DNA of 27,072 nucleotides from a virus (lineage: Duplodnaviria; Caudoviricetes). Below, piece after piece: positions 7,486 to 14,817 of the stretch; positions within the stretch are counted from its first letter, which is position 1; each line of letters begins with the position of its first letter. The position numbers and the translations under genes were made by a program. Location: IMG/VR virus record IMGVR_UViG_3300001869_000021, positions 1 to 27,072 of that record. One strand, written 5' to 3'. The notes beneath the pieces are model-generated. The model made no database searches. It saw only the letters and a list, made by a program, of their open reading frames with translations, and was not told the DNA's origin.

Positions 7486-7677
7486 CTACGGCAAAAAAAT
7501 AATGCTGTCATAACTGGTTTCATATAGATTTTCAATTTTTTTAATTATCGGGACATCTGGAAAACGCTTGCCCCGCTCATAATTACTAAGCGTATCTACA
7601 CTAATCCCCAGCAATAATGCCGCTTTCTGCTGTGTAAGCTTTTTATTAACTCGCGCTGCTTTAAGAGTGATTGTCAT
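7486..7677 (-). CDS. Cro-like XRE HTH regulator
   Basis: TLKAARVNKKLTQQKAALLLGISVDTLSNYERGKRFP; AGGAGGT RBS; divergent from the repressor. Confidence 0.9.
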   Translation of the reverse strand: MTITLKAARVNKKLTQQKAALLLGISVDTLSNYERGKRFPDVPIIKKIENLYETSYDSIIFLP

Positions 7678-7710
7678 ATATTTTAACCTCCTTTGCTATT
7701 GTATGACTAT

Positions 7711-7788
7711 AGTTTACCACGGTTAAACCGTAAAGTCAACGGTTTTTTCGTAATTTCTATTGCTTTATTTCCGTAATTGATTTATAAT
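7711..7788. promoter_or_regulatory. Lysis/lysogeny switch: divergent promoters with three tandem operators
   Basis: Minus-strand promoter TTGACT (7734-7739), 17 nt, TAAACT (7711-7716). Plus-strand promoter TTGCTT (7760-7765), 17 nt, TATAAT (7783-7788). Operators at 7717-7733, 7737-7753 and a degenerate copy at 7760-7776, all ending in CGTAA. Confidence 0.8.
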
Positions 7789-7815
7789 AGAATTACAACG
7801 AAAAGGGGTAATAAA

Positions 7816-8199
7816 ATGAGTAATTTAGGCAATAAAGAAGTATTTTCAAGAAACTTAAAACATTATATGACTATCAACAATAAAGGAAGAAATGAAATTT
7901 GTGAATCATTAAAAATTCCATACACCACTTTTACTGATTGGGAAAAAGGAAACGTATATCCGAGAATAGATAAAATCGAATTACTTGCAAATTATTTTAA
8001 TATCCAAAAATCTGGCTTAATAGAAGAAAAATACGATATATCTCCCAATAATAATAATTTTGTCATAGACGAAGCTGCCCGCCAGCTCCTTAATGAACGT
8101 AAAGTATTAGCGAGTAAGTCAAGCAAAGCCAATTTAGAACAACTTAAGCAAATGAACAAAATAATGGATGCACTCTTCGGGGATAAAAATGATGATTGA
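7816..8199 (+). CDS. CI/ImmR-like phage repressor (XRE HTH)
   Basis: FSRNLKHYM...LKIPYTTFTDWEKGNVYPRIDKIELLANYFNI; AAGGGG RBS before ATG 7816. Confidence 0.9.
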   Translation: MSNLGNKEVFSRNLKHYMTINNKGRNEICESLKIPYTTFTDWEKGNVYPRIDKIELLANYFNIQKSGLIEEKYDISPNNNNFVIDEAARQLLNERKVLASKSSKANLEQLKQMNKIMDALFGDKNDD

Positions 8200-8533
8200 C
8201 GCTATTGTAAGAGAAATTAAAATGTCTATGACATACGAAGGATTTATTAAGGTTGACCCAGACGGGATTTTTAATATTTATATAAACGAGGATTTGTCTG
8301 ACTGGAGAAAAAGACGAGCTATAAAACATGAAGTTGAGCATGCCCAAAATGGAGATTTTGAGAGCTACCTTCCAGTCGAATTATTAGAAGCGGCTAACAA
8401 CGCCGATCCCGATTTAACAAAAATATGCTGGATTGGTCGGGATTTACGAGGCGATATTCCGCGCAATGTATTAAAAGTCATGAGCATAATCGCTGATGGT
8501 GGAAAAATTGTGAGCGTTTTCCCGAAAGGGTAA
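8189..8533 (+). CDS. ImmA/IrrE-like metallopeptidase (anti-repressor)
   Basis: IYINEDLS....RRAIKHEVEH (HExxH), directly downstream of the repressor. Confidence 0.75.
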   Translation: MMIDAIVREIKMSMTYEGFIKVDPDGIFNIYINEDLSDWRKRRAIKHEVEHAQNGDFESYLPVELLEAANNADPDLTKICWIGRDLRGDIPRNVLKVMSIIADGGKIVSVFPKG

Positions 8534-8557
8534 AATACATATAAGGGAGTGTTAGAA

Positions 8558-8653
8558 ATGAAAACAGTAAAATGTGTAATCGGCGCCATACTTCTCTTTT
8601 CTGCCTTAGTACTACTTTGTTTGGCTTGCTCGGTGGAATCGAGCGCTGAATAA
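8558..8653 (+). CDS. 31-aa signal-peptide/lipopeptide-like mini ORF; absent from the supplied ORF track
   Basis: AAGGGAG RBS. Manual translation: MKTVKCVIGAILLFSALVLLCLACSVESSAE. Confidence 0.5.
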   Translation: MKTVKCVIGAILLFSALVLLCLACSVESSAE

Positions 8654-8660
8654 GCAAAGC

Positions 8661-8685
8661 GCCCCTCACCATTACAGTGAGGGGC
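8661..8685. promoter_or_regulatory. Hairpin upstream of the integrase
   Basis: GCCCCTCAC-CATTACA-GTGAGGGGC, a perfect 9-bp stem. Confidence 0.55.
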
Positions 8686-8707
8686 AAAACCAAAGGATGT
8701 GAAAACA

Positions 8708-9892
8708 ATGCCCACGTGCACTAAATGCTCCCACGATATTCAGCCAGATTCTAAGTTTTGCCCCCTGTGTGGGCAGAATCAGAAAAAAGCAGTTAGAAAA
8801 CGGCGTGAAATAAAGCGAGAAAATGGAACAGGTTCTGTGTATAAACGTGACGACTTAAAGCGTCGCCCATGGGTTGCTGCAACCCCTGCAAAGGATAATT
8901 TACCGGCTCAAATTATAGGACGTTATGCAACGGCTCAGGAGGCTAAAGACGCTCTTGATGATTACCGTCGTAATCCGACAACCAAGTTAAATATCACTCT
9001 CACGGAGCTTTTTGCTGAGTGGAAAGAAATAGCATACCGCAATATCTCAAAACAAACACAGGATAATTATAATGCGTGTTGGCAAAAACTAACCACAATT
9101 TATGATATAAAATTTAGAGAACTGCGAACTGGGCAAATGCAAAAGATAATAGATTATTACGCTCACGAACGCCCAAAATTAAGTAGTAAAGGTGAACCAC
9201 TTTACAGTATAGACGATAAGCCAATAATCAGCCCGCCTATGTCAGACAGCACGCTCCAAAAAATTAAAGCCTTACTCACTCAATTATTTGATTACGCTGC
9301 CGAAAATGATATCGTTACCAAAAATTATGCATCCTTTTTAGTGCTGCGAAAAACTGTAAAAATCAAGAAGAATTGCTTTACCGAACTAGAGCTACAAAAA
9401 ATCGAGAAGGCCATCGGAACTACACCATGGGCAGACACAATTTTTATGATGTGCTACACAGGTTTTCGCATTTCGGAATTTTTAGAGTTAACGCCCTTTA
9501 GCTACAACGCCGACCACAACACGCTTACAGGCGGTAAAAAAACAGAAGCCGGAACTGATAGACTTGTGCCGGTTCATCCCAAAATAGAATCACTCTTGAC
9601 TGCGTGGTTAGCACTAACCGGCGAAACTATAATATGTGATGAAAATGGTAAACCAATGACCGCTGACCATTTTAGAAAACAGTGCTATTATCCAGCTCTT
9701 GAGACTATCGGTGTGAGAAAGTTAAGCCCTCACGCTACTCGACACACCTTCGCGACACGTCTGGCTGCTGCCGGAGCGAGAACGGAAGATATCCAAGCTT
9801 TGGCAGGGCATGAAGATTATGAGATGACAGCGAACACGTATATTCACCAGGACGAAAAGGCACTTAGGGCGGCAATTCTCAAATTAATGTAA
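8708..9892 (+). CDS. int: Tyrosine integrase with N-terminal zinc ribbon
   Basis: Catalytic R (TGFRISE), K (GKKTEAG), HATRH, LAGH and Y (NTYIH). N-terminal CTKC..CPLC. Confidence 0.95.
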   Translation: MPTCTKCSHDIQPDSKFCPLCGQNQKKAVRKRREIKRENGTGSVYKRDDLKRRPWVAATPAKDNLPAQIIGRYATAQEAKDALDDYRRNPTTKLNITLTELFAEWKEIAYRNISKQTQDNYNACWQKLTTIYDIKFRELRTGQMQKIIDYYAHERPKLSSKGEPLYSIDDKPIISPPMSDSTLQKIKALLTQLFDYAAENDIVTKNYASFLVLRKTVKIKKNCFTELELQKIEKAIGTTPWADTIFMMCYTGFRISEFLELTPFSYNADHNTLTGGKKTEAGTDRLVPVHPKIESLLTAWLALTGETIICDENGKPMTADHFRKQCYYPALETIGVRKLSPHATRHTFATRLAAAGARTEDIQALAGHEDYEMTANTYIHQDEKALRAAILKLM

Positions 9893-9949
9893 ATCAGTTA
9901 CTACGCGGTTACTACAGACAGCTAAAAAACGGCTTACCTATGCGGTGCT

Positions 9950-10001
9950 CGCTTGAATGGGGTTCAAGAGGCCGCAAGTTCAACTCTTGTCACTCGGACC
10001 A
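9950..10001 (+). other. attP core: 3' half of tRNA-Pro(GGG)
   Basis: Anticodon arm CTTGA-ATGGGGT-TCAAG, T arm GCAAG-TTCAACT-CTTGT, 3' acceptor strand CACTCGG-A-CCA. The 5' acceptor strand and D arm are absent. Confidence 0.9.
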
Positions 10002-10006
10002 TAAAT

Positions 10007-10056
10007 AAAGGCTCACAAGTGGCTTATATACGCCGCTTGTGAGCCTTTTGGTTTTT
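10007..10056 (+). terminator. Intrinsic terminator after the tRNA fragment
   Basis: AAAGGCTCACAAGTGGC / GCCGCTTGTGAGCCTTT 17-bp stem (one G-U) with a T-rich tail. Confidence 0.8.
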
Positions 10057-10139
10057 GATATATTTTTGTTAAATTAGACTGAATTATATCCAATTTTACG
10101 GCGGTTACTACGGGGTTACTACAGATTTTTTTACGAACT

Positions 10140-10182
10140 ATAAAAAATAAGCCCTAAACCTCTATATTAAAGGCTTAGGGCT
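10140..10182 (-). terminator. Terminator downstream of the ComEC-like gene
   Basis: Minus strand: AGCCCTAAGCCT-loop-AGGTTTAGGGCT-TATTTTTT. Confidence 0.75.
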
Positions 10183-10256
10183 ATAATTTTTCATAATTTA
10201 TAATGATGTATTACGAAACAATTTAATTTATTCATTTCAAATGCGACTATTCCAAT

Positions 10257-11732
10257 TTATTTCACACACTTATCACACGGATCTGTTTTCCCTGCTGCTA
10301 AAGCTTCGGCCAATGTTCCGCTTAAAATAATTTTACTTCTACTCAATGTTGAGCATTTATCAGTGTAATGATAACTTTTTCCGCTTGGCACCCAATACAC
10401 TATCCGAGTGTTATCAGTTGCAGGTACTGCAGGAGTTACTACTACAACCGGCGGAGCTACTGGAGCTACAGCTACAACTGGTGGAGTTACTGGAGTGACT
10501 GTTACGGCTGGCGGTGCTTGAGGTTTAACAGGCGATGCAGATTTATCAAATTTAATTGTAGCTCCATCACTTGTGCAAACAATTGTACCACTCTCATCTG
10601 TTCTAAGTATCTGAACACCGACATTCGATAGACGATTTAATGCAGCCTGTGTCGGATGCCCATAAGAATTGCCTTTTCCTACTTCTATCACAGAATATTT
10701 GGGGTGCACGGCATTTAAAAAAAGCTGTGATGTCGATGTATCACTGCCATGATGCCCAACTTTTAGAACATCGGCTGCAAGGTCGAATCCTTTGCTAAGC
10801 ATACCGCTTTCATTTGTTGACTCAGCATCACCGGTAAAAAGAAACTTCGTGTTTCCGTACATTAACTTAATGACTATTGAGTACGTATTAAGATTACCGG
10901 CATCTGTATTTACAGGGCCATATGTTATACAGTTTGTGTCACCCAATTTAAAACTTGAACCTGGTTCAGGTTGTGCAGCCGAAAGACCTTTAGCTTTCAT
11001 GGCCGTAAGAACATTAGTAAAGGCTTTGGTTGTAGTTACCACGTTAGGCATATAAACCTTACCGATACTATACGCATTAATTACATCATCCGCACCTCCG
11101 ATATGATCCTCATGTGGATGTGTCAAAACAAGATAATCAATTTTACTAATACTTTTTGTCTTTAAATAAGCAAGTAGGCTACTCGTTGACTCAGTTGTAC
11201 CCGCATCAATGAGCATAGTTTGCCCACCCTGCTGAATGAGCTCACTGTCACCTTGACCTACATCAATATAGCTTATTACTAAATTTCCATTAACTGTGGT
11301 AGTTTGTGCAGGTATTGACGAAGGAACCGTTGAAGCAGCTGCTGATGAAACCTTTGAGCTCACAGTCGGAGCAGGTGATGAAACTTTACTGCTTGCAGCT
11401 GATGATATAGATGATACTTTTAAATAATCCGTCTTATCGTTTGCGTTGGCTTGAGTATAGGATGTGCTACTCGTTTGCGGCATAAAAGCAAACGCTAAAA
11501 TAACAGCCAGCGTTATTGCAATGCTTTTTTGCCACGTCTTAATATTAAACTTTAATTTTACCGCCATGTAATTACGAATCAGTTTATATACCGGCGGCAT
11601 TAAAATAGCTCCAGCTAAAATAAAGAAAATGCATGATATCGACCTTGTGATCTGAGTAACACCACTTAGCAATAGCATACTGGAAAATACCCAACTTATA
11701 ATATCCCATACCTTTTGTGTCATTTCTATCAT
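10257..11732 (-). CDS. Membrane-anchored ComEC/Rec2-like metallo-beta-lactamase-fold hydrolase (putative nuclease) with C-terminal Cys/His metal-binding domain
   Basis: N-terminal TM helices, Ser-rich linker, IDVGQGD, THPHEDHIGG, FTGD, KVGHHGS, NSYGHP, Pro/Val-rich linker, C-terminal GKSYH...C...PCDKC. Confidence 0.85.
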   Translation of the reverse strand: MIEMTQKVWDIISWVFSSMLLLSGVTQITRSISCIFFILAGAILMPPVYKLIRNYMAVKLKFNIKTWQKSIAITLAVILAFAFMPQTSSTSYTQANANDKTDYLKVSSISSAASSKVSSPAPTVSSKVSSAAASTVPSSIPAQTTTVNGNLVISYIDVGQGDSELIQQGGQTMLIDAGTTESTSSLLAYLKTKSISKIDYLVLTHPHEDHIGGADDVINAYSIGKVYMPNVVTTTKAFTNVLTAMKAKGLSAAQPEPGSSFKLGDTNCITYGPVNTDAGNLNTYSIVIKLMYGNTKFLFTGDAESTNESGMLSKGFDLAADVLKVGHHGSDTSTSQLFLNAVHPKYSVIEVGKGNSYGHPTQAALNRLSNVGVQILRTDESGTIVCTSDGATIKFDKSASPVKPQAPPAVTVTPVTPPVVAVAPVAPPVVVVTPAVPATDNTRIVYWVPSGKSYHYTDKCSTLSRSKIILSGTLAEALAAGKTDPCDKCVK

Positions 11733-11749
11733 CGCCCCTTATTTGTTAA

Positions 11750-11778
11750 ATTTTACACTATTATTTTGCATATTTCAA
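11750..11778 (-). promoter_or_regulatory. Promoter for the ComEC-like cargo gene
   Basis: TTGAAA (11773-11778), 17 nt spacer, TAAAAT (11750-11755). Confidence 0.6.
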
Positions 11779-11961
11779 TATTAACGGGAAAATCTTTTTG
11801 ATATTTGCACAAAAAAATACAGGTCTGCTTCCTTAATCGAAAGCGGCCCTATGTTTACGAACATTTCATCTATAGTTCATGTTAATGTCACAAATATCGG
11901 GTAATATATAAACAAGATCTTTTTCATTCTTCTCCTCTTAAAATATAAATATCTTTGTTCT

Positions 11962-11994
11962 TCCCCTTTGGTGCGAGCCGGAGGGGATTTTTTT
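11962..11994 (+). terminator. Plus-strand intrinsic terminator with no associated plus-strand ORF
   Basis: TCCCCTTTGG-TGCGAG-CCGGAGGGGA-TTTTTTT; the G-U pairs form only on the plus strand. Confidence 0.7.
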
Positions 11995-11996
11995 GC

Positions 11997-12035
11997 ATAA
12001 AAAATAAGCCCACCCTCAATTAAGAGAGTGGGGTT
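11997..12035 (-). terminator. Minus-strand intrinsic terminator
   Basis: CCCACTCTC-TTAATT-GAGGGTGGG-CTTATTTTTT. Confidence 0.75.
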
Positions 12036-12045
12036 TACTCCGAAC

Positions 12046-12135
12046 AAAAAGCAAAAGCACCTCAAATTGATGAAGTGCTTTTACAAGTTCAAATGATAAA
12101 CATGGCTTTCGCCATGAAGTCCACATGTATTTCTT
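12046..12135 (-). ncRNA. Candidate ~90-nt structured sRNA downstream of the PemK-like toxin
   Basis: Own consensus promoter, CAUGGC-GAAA-GCCAUG GNRA hairpin, terminator AAAAGCACUUCA/UGAGGUGCUUUU. No ORF with an RBS. Confidence 0.65.
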
Positions 12136-12141
12136 TGTTAT

Positions 12142-12170
12142 AGTATATGCTATGATAATGTTTCTGTCAA
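12142..12170 (-). promoter_or_regulatory. Near-consensus sigma-A promoter of the sRNA
   Basis: TTGACA (12165-12170), 17 nt spacer, TATACT (12142-12147). Confidence 0.8.
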
Positions 12171-12184
12171 TATACTTATAAAAA

Positions 12185-12628
12185 TTATTTTTCGGTAAAT
12201 AAAGGTTTCAAAGTGCAAAACTGAATTATTTGTTCGTTTATCAATTTCCAGTCATCGAATGTAATTGTAGCTTGTTTCCTATCCACAAACTTTTTGGCAT
12301 ATATTCTATCCTTACTTATGGTTCTAATTTGCTCTATTAAAACGGTGCCTATCCCATTGGCCAAATCAATGTGATAAGGTCTTTTATCATTTAACCGTTC
12401 TAAAGTAATTGGCAATATGCAACATACAGTAGACTCCTTTGAAGTTCTAATAACTAAAACAGGTCTATCTTCATCCTGTTCGCTTCCTATATTAATTCCA
12501 AGATGTGCCCAGTAAATAAAATTATTAAAAACAAAAAAGTCTTTTTCTATTTCCAAACTTCTGATTTGATTTTTGAGTACTACCCATTTCAAGAAACGAT
12601 TGAGTGAAAGAAATTCCCTATTATTCAT
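12185..12628 (-). CDS. PemK/MazF-family toxin-like endoribonuclease (orphan)
   Basis: IYWAHLGINIGSEQDEDRPVLVI, CILPIT and LIEQIRTISKDRI motifs. Extended -10 TGATATAAT at 12662-12670. Confidence 0.85.
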   Translation of the reverse strand: MNNREFLSLNRFLKWVVLKNQIRSLEIEKDFFVFNNFIYWAHLGINIGSEQDEDRPVLVIRTSKESTVCCILPITLERLNDKRPYHIDLANGIGTVLIEQIRTISKDRIYAKKFVDRKQATITFDDWKLINEQIIQFCTLKPLFTEK

Positions 12629-12697
12629 CTCTTAACATCCTTATCTGCCATTATTCTAATTATTATATCACATATTGTCACAATGGGTGATGTTTTG

Positions 12698-12737
12698 ATA
12701 AAAAATAAGCCTCACCTCCAAACGGAAGCGAGGCTTT
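12698..12737 (-). terminator. Terminator of the late/lysis operon
   Basis: AAGCCTCGCTTCC-GTTT-GGAGGTGAGGCTT-ATTTTTT. Confidence 0.8.
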
Positions 12738-12764
12738 AAGTATGGCGTGTTTTTCAGGACCATA

Positions 12765-12986
12765 TTAAAATGTATTTGCACTTGTGGGATTATTAAGTAC
12801 GCCTACCGTGACGAGCAGCTGCAGAACGGCTGCAACGACGTTACCGATAAATCCGGCATCAAGACCGATCTTTGCGAATACGCCTGTCAGCTGTAGAATG
12901 ACAAGGACCTGTGCAATAATAGATGCCCAAAGAATTGAGGACTTCCAACGTGACTGTGTTTCAACTACTTTTAGAGTTGTTTCCAT
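12765..12986 (-). CDS. Holin
   Basis: 73 aa, two TM helices, C-terminal GVLNNPT motif, in the lysis module. Confidence 0.8.
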   Translation of the reverse strand: METTLKVVETQSRWKSSILWASIIAQVLVILQLTGVFAKIGLDAGFIGNVVAAVLQLLVTVGVLNNPTSANTF

Positions 12987-13000
12987 TTTAATACCTCTTT

Positions 13001-13093
13001 CTAAAATAAATTTATTAATGTTTCGACGAAAAGGACAACTATAGCCCCAGCGATCATCACAAGAATATATGAAATTATGTTGAATTTATTCAT
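13001..13093 (-). CDS. 30-aa single-TM peptide in the lysis module; absent from the supplied ORF track
   Basis: Manual translation: MNKFNIISYILVMIAGAIVVLFVETLINLF. AAGGG RBS. Confidence 0.5.
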   Translation of the reverse strand: MNKFNIISYILVMIAGAIVVLFVETLINLF

Positions 13094-13128
13094 GCTTTTA
13101 CCCTTTAATTTAATTTATTTTATACAAA

Positions 13129-13689
13129 TTAAAGTTTGCCAATTATTGCTTGTATAATTAAAAATGTAACGATACTGCCGCCAACTGCCCATAATAATCC
13201 GATAATGGGACTAAGACTAAGTGTCTTTCCCTTATTTATATTCTGTACAGATACTAAATCTGTAACCAAAGCAACTAAATCAGGTGAAGCAACACTTTTG
13301 CCTTGGTTCTCCCATTGTGCTTGTTCTAACTTTGCGAACCTTGCATCTTGCTGAGTAGTAATCAACGAAAGTTGGGTTGCTATGGTAACAGCCGTACCTT
13401 CGACAGATTTTCGGAGTACCTCTGCATTTTCCAGCATCTGTGCATTAAGCAACTCTGCGGTTTTTATTGCTTGAATATTAGCAATTCTAACAGCCTCAAT
13501 ATCGCCTTTTCGTAATTCATTAATGCGTTCAGATTCAGCAATGCTCCTATCGTCAATACGACGTATTTCCGCTTTATTCAAATCACTTAAATTTTTAATT
13601 GAAACTTCAAAATTTTTAACTATACTCTCTATCATTCTGACTACATTAATAGACGGGTCAGCACGTTCATTTTTTAATGTTTCATCCAT
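13129..13689 (-). CDS. Coiled-coil protein with C-terminal TM helix (holin-like/lysis accessory)
   Basis: Helical body plus C-terminal hydrophobic segment, between the endolysin and holin. Confidence 0.55.
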   Translation of the reverse strand: MDETLKNERADPSINVVRMIESIVKNFEVSIKNLSDLNKAEIRRIDDRSIAESERINELRKGDIEAVRIANIQAIKTAELLNAQMLENAEVLRKSVEGTAVTIATQLSLITTQQDARFAKLEQAQWENQGKSVASPDLVALVTDLVSVQNINKGKTLSLSPIIGLLWAVGGSIVTFLIIQAIIGKL

Positions 13690-13714
13690 CGGTCACACCC
13701 CTTTCACTAAATTA

Positions 13715-14764
13715 TTAAAATCTAAGTTTCCCGGCATAAGCCACATAGCCTGATTTTGTCTCTCCACCCTTAGAAGTATCAAACAAAATAAAATATCCAT
13801 GAACATCTTTAAACAAGAAAGTAGCTTTTTCAAGAGGAAAGATAGTGCCTGATTCTTTTCCAGTAGCATCCCTGACAACCTCATTTGTTTTGCCATTCAG
13901 CCATGCTTTATACCAACGATTGCTTAAATTTGCTTCATCGTTTTTTATAAAACCATGAGCATAACGTCCGGCAGATAAAGGATAATATATTTCCAATAGC
14001 TGTTGGTCAAATAAACAATTAACGATACAAATCTTATCGCTAGAGTCTACTCTATGGTCTCCCACAGCAACCCCATTACTTCCCGTAACCACAAAAGGTA
14101 TATCTGCCGTTGAGTTCCATTCATGGGGCATAGTATTTGTATGATAAACTTCTGCGTTCCATTGTGGCACTATCACAGGCTGTGGTATTGATACTATAGG
14201 TTGCGGAGCAACAGGTTTAACTACATCTACTATTTTAATTTCACCTATAAGTCTTTCATCAAAATTTGAAATGTCTGGGTTCTCTTGATACTGTCTTGCA
14301 AACACATTGATATGCAGATATTGTTTTGTCGGTTCAGAATTATATTGTGCCAACCATAAATCTGTCTTATCAAAACTATTATCCAAATAGTGCTCGTACA
14401 TATTCTGATTGCAATATAAAAATGAGTTAGGCACGCCATCAAGAAATTTATGAGTTATTTCACTTATATTTGCGGGTATAATTTTATTGTCATATATATC
14501 AGATTCCAGATCAATTGCAGACCGAAAAGTGGCAGGATATTTTGAAATCAAAGTATTAATTTTATTTAACTGAGTTTGAATATCACTATAAAAATTTATG
14601 TAGTGATAGAAAGAAAACGGTTTATTCAAAGCGATACATTCATAAACGTGATAGTCTATGTTTGAATCGAGCAATCCATTTGACCTTAATCCTCTAATTA
14701 TAAACCCGTCATATGCAGAAAAATTAATGTTGCTGTCGTATGAAGATATGTCACGAATTAGCAT
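13715..14764 (-). CDS. Endolysin, GH25 muramidase with C-terminal cell-wall-binding region
   Basis: N-terminal DISSY, FSFYHY, AIDLE (DxE) and LWLAQY; Pro/Val linker; C-terminal repeat-like domains. Confidence 0.8.
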   Translation of the reverse strand: MLIRDISSYDSNINFSAYDGFIIRGLRSNGLLDSNIDYHVYECIALNKPFSFYHYINFYSDIQTQLNKINTLISKYPATFRSAIDLESDIYDNKIIPANISEITHKFLDGVPNSFLYCNQNMYEHYLDNSFDKTDLWLAQYNSEPTKQYLHINVFARQYQENPDISNFDERLIGEIKIVDVVKPVAPQPIVSIPQPVIVPQWNAEVYHTNTMPHEWNSTADIPFVVTGSNGVAVGDHRVDSSDKICIVNCLFDQQLLEIYYPLSAGRYAHGFIKNDEANLSNRWYKAWLNGKTNEVVRDATGKESGTIFPLEKATFLFKDVHGYFILFDTSKGGETKSGYVAYAGKLRF

Positions 14765-14817
14765 TTGTTTTACCTCCTAAAATTTAATATAAAAGTACTC
14801 ATTGTTGCATACTTTAG

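Larger units (their letters stand above)
9897..10125. repeat. Putative integrase arm-type sites flanking the att core
   Basis: GTTACTACgcgGTTACTACAGA (9897-9918) and GTTACTACgggGTTACTACAGA (10104-10125): 21/22 identical, 11-bp internal period. Confidence 0.8.

Noticed and set aside
9925-10001. Full functional tRNA-Pro gene
   Set aside because: The upstream sequence cannot form a D arm or pair with CACTCGG. Only the 3' half is present, so it is an att core.
10257-11732. Beta-lactamase resistance gene or full competence channel ComEC
   Set aside because: The motifs are of the ComEC/Rec2-like MBL subgroup, and the multi-pass competence domain is absent.
11877-12065. 62-aa minus-strand ORF as the PemK protein antitoxin
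   Set aside because: It starts inside a terminator hairpin, has no RBS and crosses further terminators. Only the last 16 codons have an RBS.
9897-12711. CRISPR array or type III ToxI-style tandem repeat array
   Set aside because: The repeats are short, few and irregularly spaced. There is no repeat-spacer periodicity, no cas gene and no tandem repeats upstream of the PemK-like gene.
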